A DNA stretch of 48,558 bases from Patescibacteria group bacterium (GTDB lineage Bacteria; Patescibacteriota; Minisyncoccia; 2-02-FULL-40-12; GWA2-44-9). The position numbers were made by a program, and so were the translations under genes. The stretch is from assembly GCA_038065515.1 (NCBI GenBank), contig JBBTQV010000047.1, positions 1-48,558 on the forward strand, written 5' to 3'. Under the pieces are notes generated by a model. That model saw only the letters and a program-made list of their open reading frames with translations, was not told where the DNA came from and did no database searches. Every line of letters begins with the position of its first letter. Position 1 is the first letter of the stretch. Below are positions 44,317-48,558 of the stretch, one piece after another.

Positions 44317-44967
44317 CTACTCTGTCAACCCCGTCAAGTCAACGCCGCGGAATGAGCGGCGGTGTAAAGGACAGGGGCCAAGCACGGCCAGCTGTGCACG
44401 ATGCAGGGCAGTAGAGTAGCCCTTGTGGATCTCGAAGCCGTAGCCCGGATACTGCCCCGCGTATTGCATCATCAGACTGTCACGATGTACTTTCGCCAGA
44501 ATGGATGCCGCCGCGATAGCCCAAATCTTCCGGTCACCACCAACGATGGCCCGCTGCGGCAATGCGAGTTCCGGTATGTTTTTGTTGCCATCAATCAGTA
44601 CGATACCATTTTGATTTTTGATTTCTAATTTTTGAATCGCCTCTCGCATTGCCGGTCGCGACGCCTGATAGATATTCATCTCGTCAATGACATTCGGGTC
44701 GCATAATGCAATCTGCCACGCAAGGCCGGGTATTTGCTCCAGCTGATCCGCATAGTGCTGTCGCTGGTGCGCCTGCAGCAGCTTGGAATCGCGCATCCGC
44801 GCCAACGCAGGATGCCATTTTTCATAGAACACGGGCGCGACCGATAGCGCGCACACCACTACGGGACCTGCCAGACAGCCCATGCCGACCTCATCGACGC
44901 CGATGATATGCTCGTAGCCCTGCCCGAACAGTTTGCGCTCGAGTGTCTTGTGCGGGACTTTTACCAT
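44317..44967 (-). CDS. rnhB: ribonuclease HII
   Basis: GVDEVGMGCLAGPVVV and DSKLL motifs. Confidence 0.9.
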   Translation of the reverse strand: MVKVPHKTLERKLFGQGYEHIIGVDEVGMGCLAGPVVVCALSVAPVFYEKWHPALARMRDSKLLQAHQRQHYADQLEQIPGLAWQIALCDPNVIDEMNIYQASRPAMREAIQKLEIKNQNGIVLIDGNKNIPELALPQRAIVGGDRKIWAIAAASILAKVHRDSLMMQYAGQYPGYGFEIHKGYSTALHRAQLAVLGPCPLHRRSFRGVDLTGLTE

Positions 44968-45050
44968 ATGAATAATTCGCGACGCGCTAAAAATGTTCCG
45001 TGCGTGCGGAATATTTTGATATTTTTAGAAATAGTTTTTCGTATCATTTC

Positions 45051-45539
45051 TTATTTCCAACGGCGGGTGAGTTCGTATAATGCGATTCCAAGAGCAACGG
45101 CCACATTGAGCGATTCTTTTTTGCCTCGCATCGGAATCTCAATGCATGCGTCAACTAGATTATGCGACATATTCTGTATACCCTTCACTTCGTTGCCGAC
45201 GATGAGCGCCATCGGAAATTTCGGCCTGAACTCGCGGTAGTCAATTGATTTTCTTGCCTGTTCCAGCGCCACTATCGTTACATCCTCCCGCTTGAGACTT
45301 CGTATCAGGTCCCCCACCCTACGCACTCGGCCCCATGACACGGTCAATTGGGCACCCAGTGCGGTTTTCGCTAGTTTGTCAGGATGAGTATCAGGTCCCG
45401 GCGTGTAGCCGGTGAGCCATATCATCCCAGCCCCGACAGCATCCGCTGTGCGAAATATGGCGCCCACATTCAAAATACTCCGCACATCGTGCACAATCAC
45501 AGTCAGTTTCGGGATTGATTGCGATGTGTTGATTGCCAT
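45051..45539 (-). CDS. SpoU/TrmH-family RNA 2'-O-methyltransferase
   Basis: NVGAIFRTADAVG, IVGNEVKGI and IPMRGKKESLNVAVA motifs. Confidence 0.85.
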   Translation of the reverse strand: MAINTSQSIPKLTVIVHDVRSILNVGAIFRTADAVGAGMIWLTGYTPGPDTHPDKLAKTALGAQLTVSWGRVRRVGDLIRSLKREDVTIVALEQARKSIDYREFRPKFPMALIVGNEVKGIQNMSHNLVDACIEIPMRGKKESLNVAVALGIALYELTRRWK

Positions 45540-45586
45540 CGTTTTATGCTAGCATGGTAGCAGTATTGTGATGTAATCCTCAACCC

Positions 45587-46333
45587 ATGATGGAGAAATT
45601 CCAACGGCAGCTGCAGATCGGAAGCTGGGTACTTGTCGCGGTGTTCGTACTGTCAGCGGTGTGGCTCCTGCAAGGCATCGACCAGATGCGGCGCACGGGT
45701 AATGTGGGCGATGTGCTTGCCGTCTCTGGCACGGGCAAAGTATCGGCAAGTCCCGATATCGCGGTGGCCGATATTGCCATCAATGTCGAGAGCCTGACCG
45801 CAAAAGCGGCACAGACCGATGCAAACAAGAAATCGGTTGCAGTCGTCGCGTACCTGAAAAAAGCGGGCATCAAAGATGCGGATATCAAAACGAGCGGATA
45901 CAACATCTACCCGCAGTACGATTACACGAACGGCCGCAGTGTGATCCGTGGCTATCAGGTGACTCAATCCCTCACCGTGAAAATCCGTGACATGGATAAA
46001 GCCAACACGATCATCGACGGTGTCGTGACCGCAGGCGCTAATCAGGTCAGTAGTATCCGGTTCGAAATTGACCAACCCGAATTGCTTAAGAGTGAAGCGC
46101 GTAAGAAAGCAATCGATGACGCAAATAAGAAAGCCGATGAACTGCGCGACCAGCTGGGCGTGCGCCTCGGAAAGATTGTTAGTTTCTCCGAATCCGGCGA
46201 CTACATGCCGCCCATCATGTACGGGGTTGGCGGTATGGGCGGTGGCGATATGAAAGTCGCTAGCGTACCATCACTTCCCGCCGGCGAGAATGAAATTGTC
46301 GTGAATGTGACAATCACCTACCAGCTCCGGTAG
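45587..46333 (+). CDS. SIMPL/DUF541 periplasmic protein
   Basis: N-terminal TM and a typical DUF541 pattern (YNIYPQYDY, GYQVTQSLTVKIRD, ARKKAIDDANKKA). Confidence 0.75.
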   Translation: MMEKFQRQLQIGSWVLVAVFVLSAVWLLQGIDQMRRTGNVGDVLAVSGTGKVSASPDIAVADIAINVESLTAKAAQTDANKKSVAVVAYLKKAGIKDADIKTSGYNIYPQYDYTNGRSVIRGYQVTQSLTVKIRDMDKANTIIDGVVTAGANQVSSIRFEIDQPELLKSEARKKAIDDANKKADELRDQLGVRLGKIVSFSESGDYMPPIMYGVGGMGGGDMKVASVPSLPAGENEIVVNVTITYQLR

Positions 46334-46359
46334 GCCATAACTCCCCCGCAAAAAGAATG

Positions 46360-46387
46360 AGGCACCCGCGCCGGCGGGTGCCTTTTT
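46360..46387 (+). terminator. intrinsic terminator
   Basis: aggcacccgc / gccg / gcgggtgcct followed by tttt. Confidence 0.8.
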
Positions 46388-46396
46388 CGTTATCTC

Positions 46397-46588
46397 CTAG
46401 TGCTTTACCTTCTCAAAGCGACTCACCTCAAATGTGACCAGCAAGCCCAGAACCACTTCTGTACTCGTGCCGAAATCATGCGCGAGGGTTCGTACTGTGC
46501 GATACGCATTGCGCGAAATCTCGACAGTGCACATCTTCATCTTCCTCGTCATGCGTACCGGCCGTGGCAGGAGATTGCGTTTGCTCAT
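46397..46588 (-). CDS. hypothetical 63-aa protein, possibly ribbon-helix-helix
   Basis: The CTVEISRNAYRTVRTLAHDFGTSTEVVLGLLV pattern resembles strand-helix-helix. ATGA overlap with the upstream ORF. Confidence 0.4.
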   Translation of the reverse strand: MSKRNLLPRPVRMTRKMKMCTVEISRNAYRTVRTLAHDFGTSTEVVLGLLVTFEVSRFEKVKH

Positions 46589-46977
46589 TTCGATCCTCTC
46601 CCCTTTTCGGTGTCCGGCCTATCTTGAAGATAGATGCGGGCAATCGCCTGCATCTGCGATTCATTTCGCTTTGCCGCTTCTGTAACGCGATTACGGGCTC
46701 TCTGAAGGCTTATCGCCTCCGCTCTCTGGTGTTTCTGCGCTTTCAGATAACGGCGCGTCTCTCTCATGAGTCCATGAGGACACTCTTCCTCGCAAACGGG
46801 CACCAGACTTCCAAAGGCGTCGGGAGGCACGGGATGGGGTGTATGAACCACCTGAATCGCACCGGGCGGATGTATCCACTGGAACTGCACCTGCTCCTCG
46901 GGTACCCACACAACATACATCGGAATCGGGAATCCCGACCTGGGACTGCAAAACGAGAACCACTGCGCTTTCATCAT
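46585..46977 (-). CDS. hypothetical 130-aa protein
   Basis: GAAAGGAG lies upstream of the ATG and TTGTCA-N17-TAGAGT upstream of that. Basic helical C-terminus. Confidence 0.45.
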   Translation of the reverse strand: MMKAQWFSFCSPRSGFPIPMYVVWVPEEQVQFQWIHPPGAIQVVHTPHPVPPDAFGSLVPVCEEECPHGLMRETRRYLKAQKHQRAEAISLQRARNRVTEAAKRNESQMQAIARIYLQDRPDTEKGRGSK

Positions 46978-47064
46978 CGCACTCCTTTCTGGCGCTACTC
47001 TACAGTATCATCACACATTTGACAAGTTCTCCCAAAAAGCTCGTTGAGGGAGTACACTAAAGAT

Positions 47065-47421
47065 ATGAAACCTCTCGTCGTTGTGGTGGTGCTGGCGCTT
47101 ATCATGGGAGTCGGTATTTATATCGGCATGTCCGGATTGGTGACGCAATACGCATTCGTGCCGGGCCGTTCAAGCGCGGGCACGGCCGTATGCACTCCCG
47201 ATTCGGCTTTCGTACAACGCGGAGCTGCGGTTCGCTTTATTTCTTCCCAACTGCCTGCGGGTGCCCTGTATCACTGGGCCTCTGATGAAGGCCGTTCCGA
47301 GATGAGCACGAACGGCACATTCTCGGTGCAATTCTCAACGGCGGGCGCAAAAACCGTCTCTCTGTTCTACTTCGACCGCAATGCGTGGCTGCGTTCCACC
47401 TGTCAGGTGCAGGTACGCTAA
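47065..47421 (+). CDS. hypothetical membrane-anchored small beta-rich protein
   Basis: N-terminal TM segment LVVVVVLALIMGVGIYI. The track ORF starts at a TTG at 47044. Confidence 0.5.
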   Translation: MKPLVVVVVLALIMGVGIYIGMSGLVTQYAFVPGRSSAGTAVCTPDSAFVQRGAAVRFISSQLPAGALYHWASDEGRSEMSTNGTFSVQFSTAGAKTVSLFYFDRNAWLRSTCQVQVR

Positions 47422-47936
47422 GGTTGGCGCGGCCGTGTGGCGCCGACCTGCTTACTGATGACATCCCGAAGCGCTTCGGGATTTGCGATTTGGTCGATGA
47501 CAAATTCTTTCTCTGAACCGGCCGTCTGCACCACCACGCTCCCGTAGCGAAGAAGCGTGCCGACGATGCCTTTCACATGCGTGGTGACATCCTGCACGCG
47601 CTCTAACCGCACTATGGCAATGTTGCGATCAAACAGCCGCTGGTAGTCGATGTCGATGATACGCCGGCTGGTGACAACCCAGATGTCCATATAGTAGGTG
47701 GTCCAGAACTGCCAGAACATCACCCAGAGTACCAGCCCCCACAGCGCCCAGAGCGTCACCGGGGCAAACGAGCCCGCACCCGCGAATAACACGATTCCGA
47801 GCATGCCGAGCAATGCGGCAACGGCCAGTGGAACGGCAAGCATCAACGCCAATGCAATCAGTCGCGTCACGATGAACAACCAGTGCCGGTGCACTTTCGC
47901 CACTATCTCCTCCCCTTCTTCCATCGGGATATACAT
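47418..47936 (-). CDS. bacterial PH-domain (bPH_2, YdbT/YdbS-like) membrane protein
   Basis: Two TM segments followed by VVTSRRIIDIDYQRLFDRNIAIVRLERVQDV...VVVQTAG. Confidence 0.7.
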   Translation of the reverse strand: MYIPMEEGEEIVAKVHRHWLFIVTRLIALALMLAVPLAVAALLGMLGIVLFAGAGSFAPVTLWALWGLVLWVMFWQFWTTYYMDIWVVTSRRIIDIDYQRLFDRNIAIVRLERVQDVTTHVKGIVGTLLRYGSVVVQTAGSEKEFVIDQIANPEALRDVISKQVGATRPRQP

Positions 47937-47952
47937 TTCAATAAAATCTTAT

Positions 47953-47986
47953 ATTCGTAGTATTCGCATTCATTCGTAGATTCGTA
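47953..47986. repeat. four ATTCG(T/C)A copies at 8-10 nt spacing
   Basis: Copies at 47953, 47962, 47972 and 47980, in the gap between two minus-strand genes. Confidence 0.7.
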
Positions 47987-48271
47987 TTAAGCCGTTAGGA
48001 ATATACCGACGACCGCAACAGCCAACAGCAGAACAACACCCACCATATATATCCGCTCTGCACGGCGGAATACATCGTGCTCGAACGGGAAACGGCGCCA
48101 GTGATACACCAGCATCACCGTCATGGCCGCAACAAAAATACCCACCAGCATCGTGAGCACGACCAGCACCAACGGCGACACCGCTAATTGCATCGAAAAT
48201 TCCGCCAGCGGTCCGCCAATGCGCGGGAGGACGGGAGCACCGAACTGCGGTAACGAAGGATTGACCGCCAT
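47987..48271 (-). CDS. hypothetical two-TM small protein (94 aa)
   Basis: Hydrophobic hairpin. The TGATACAAT box ends 9 nt before the ATG. Confidence 0.55.
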   Translation of the reverse strand: MAVNPSLPQFGAPVLPRIGGPLAEFSMQLAVSPLVLVVLTMLVGIFVAAMTVMLVYHWRRFPFEHDVFRRAERIYMVGVVLLLAVAVVGIFLTA

Positions 48272-48287
48272 CGTCTTTCAATTGTAT

Positions 48288-48317
48288 CACAAACGCCGCC
48301 TCGCGGCGGCGTTTGTG
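48288..48317 (-). terminator. 12-bp GC-rich hairpin downstream of the 16S 3' end
   Basis: cacaaacgccgc / gcggcgtttgtg. The U-tract is weak. Confidence 0.45.
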
Positions 48318-48513
48318 CATTTCATATCTTACACAGTCAATCAGTCCCAGAGTGCGTTTGTGTTCCTTGCACCATTGATAGAACTCCGATTTCGCGGTCG
48401 GACCCCGCATAGTTCGTACGCCGTGCAACCCGTGAAGGCAACGCGACGCACATTCTATATCGACTTCTTTTACCTTTCACAAACTTCGATCTACACGAAG
48501 TAGAAAGAATAGA

Positions 48514-48558
48514 AAGGAGGTGATCCAAGAGCAGCTTCCGCTACCCTTGCCTTGTTAC
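48514..48558 (-). rRNA. rrs: 16S rRNA, 3'-terminal ~45 nt (partial, continues off the window)
   Basis: The reverse complement reads GTAACAAGGCAAGGGTAGCGGAAGCTGCTCTTGGATCACCTCCTT. This covers helix 45 with its GGAA loop and the anti-SD CCUCC. Confidence 0.85.

Noticed and set aside
48318-48513. Spacer tRNA or start of 23S downstream of 16S
   Set aside because: I could fold no cloverleaf and found no T-loop GTTCGA/GTTCAA in context. Track ORFs 47970-48428 and 48337-48528 look like noise in the rRNA trailer.

Overview
This is a chromosomal segment from a fairly GC-rich bacterium. The compact operons, split transketolase, H+-pyrophosphatase, ComEC plus type IV pilus genes, many SD-less starts and a 16S gene with no linked tRNA or 23S point to a small-genome, CPR/Patescibacteria-like organism; that placement is inference. 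Housekeeping genes: ndk, comEC, class II RNR (nrdJ), ftsZ, ftsA, ybeY, yqeY, rpsU, a HIT protein, a HisRS-like gene, lepB, pth, hppA, rmuC, a UDG-like gene, gap, rnhB, a SpoU/TrmH methyltransferase, tRNA-Ile(GAU) and tRNA-Ala(UGC), and the last ~45 nt of a 16S rRNA at the right edge. Accessory content: (1) a copper module: Cys/His membrane protein, HMA-permease-cupredoxin fusion, cupredoxin and CopA. (2) A type IV pilus locus: receiver-domain-fused PilB, PilC, three large minor pilins, a major pilin and an FN3 surface protein. (3) A cohesin, dockerin and dockerin-sulfatase cassette between the two halves of a split transketolase, inside a gap-tkt operon. (4) Several orphan units: a MYG1-like 474-524 aa protein, a consensus-promoter two-gene operon and an RHH-like pair. 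Other signals: A-rich heptanucleotide tracts inside four coding regions that share an exact 12-mer, recurrent extended -10 boxes right at start codons, two candidate small RNAs or leaders, two candidate micro-ORFs and a MITE-like element. No CRISPR array, cas gene, transposase, integrase or reverse transcriptase was seen. All family calls come from motif recognition by eye; no searches were run.
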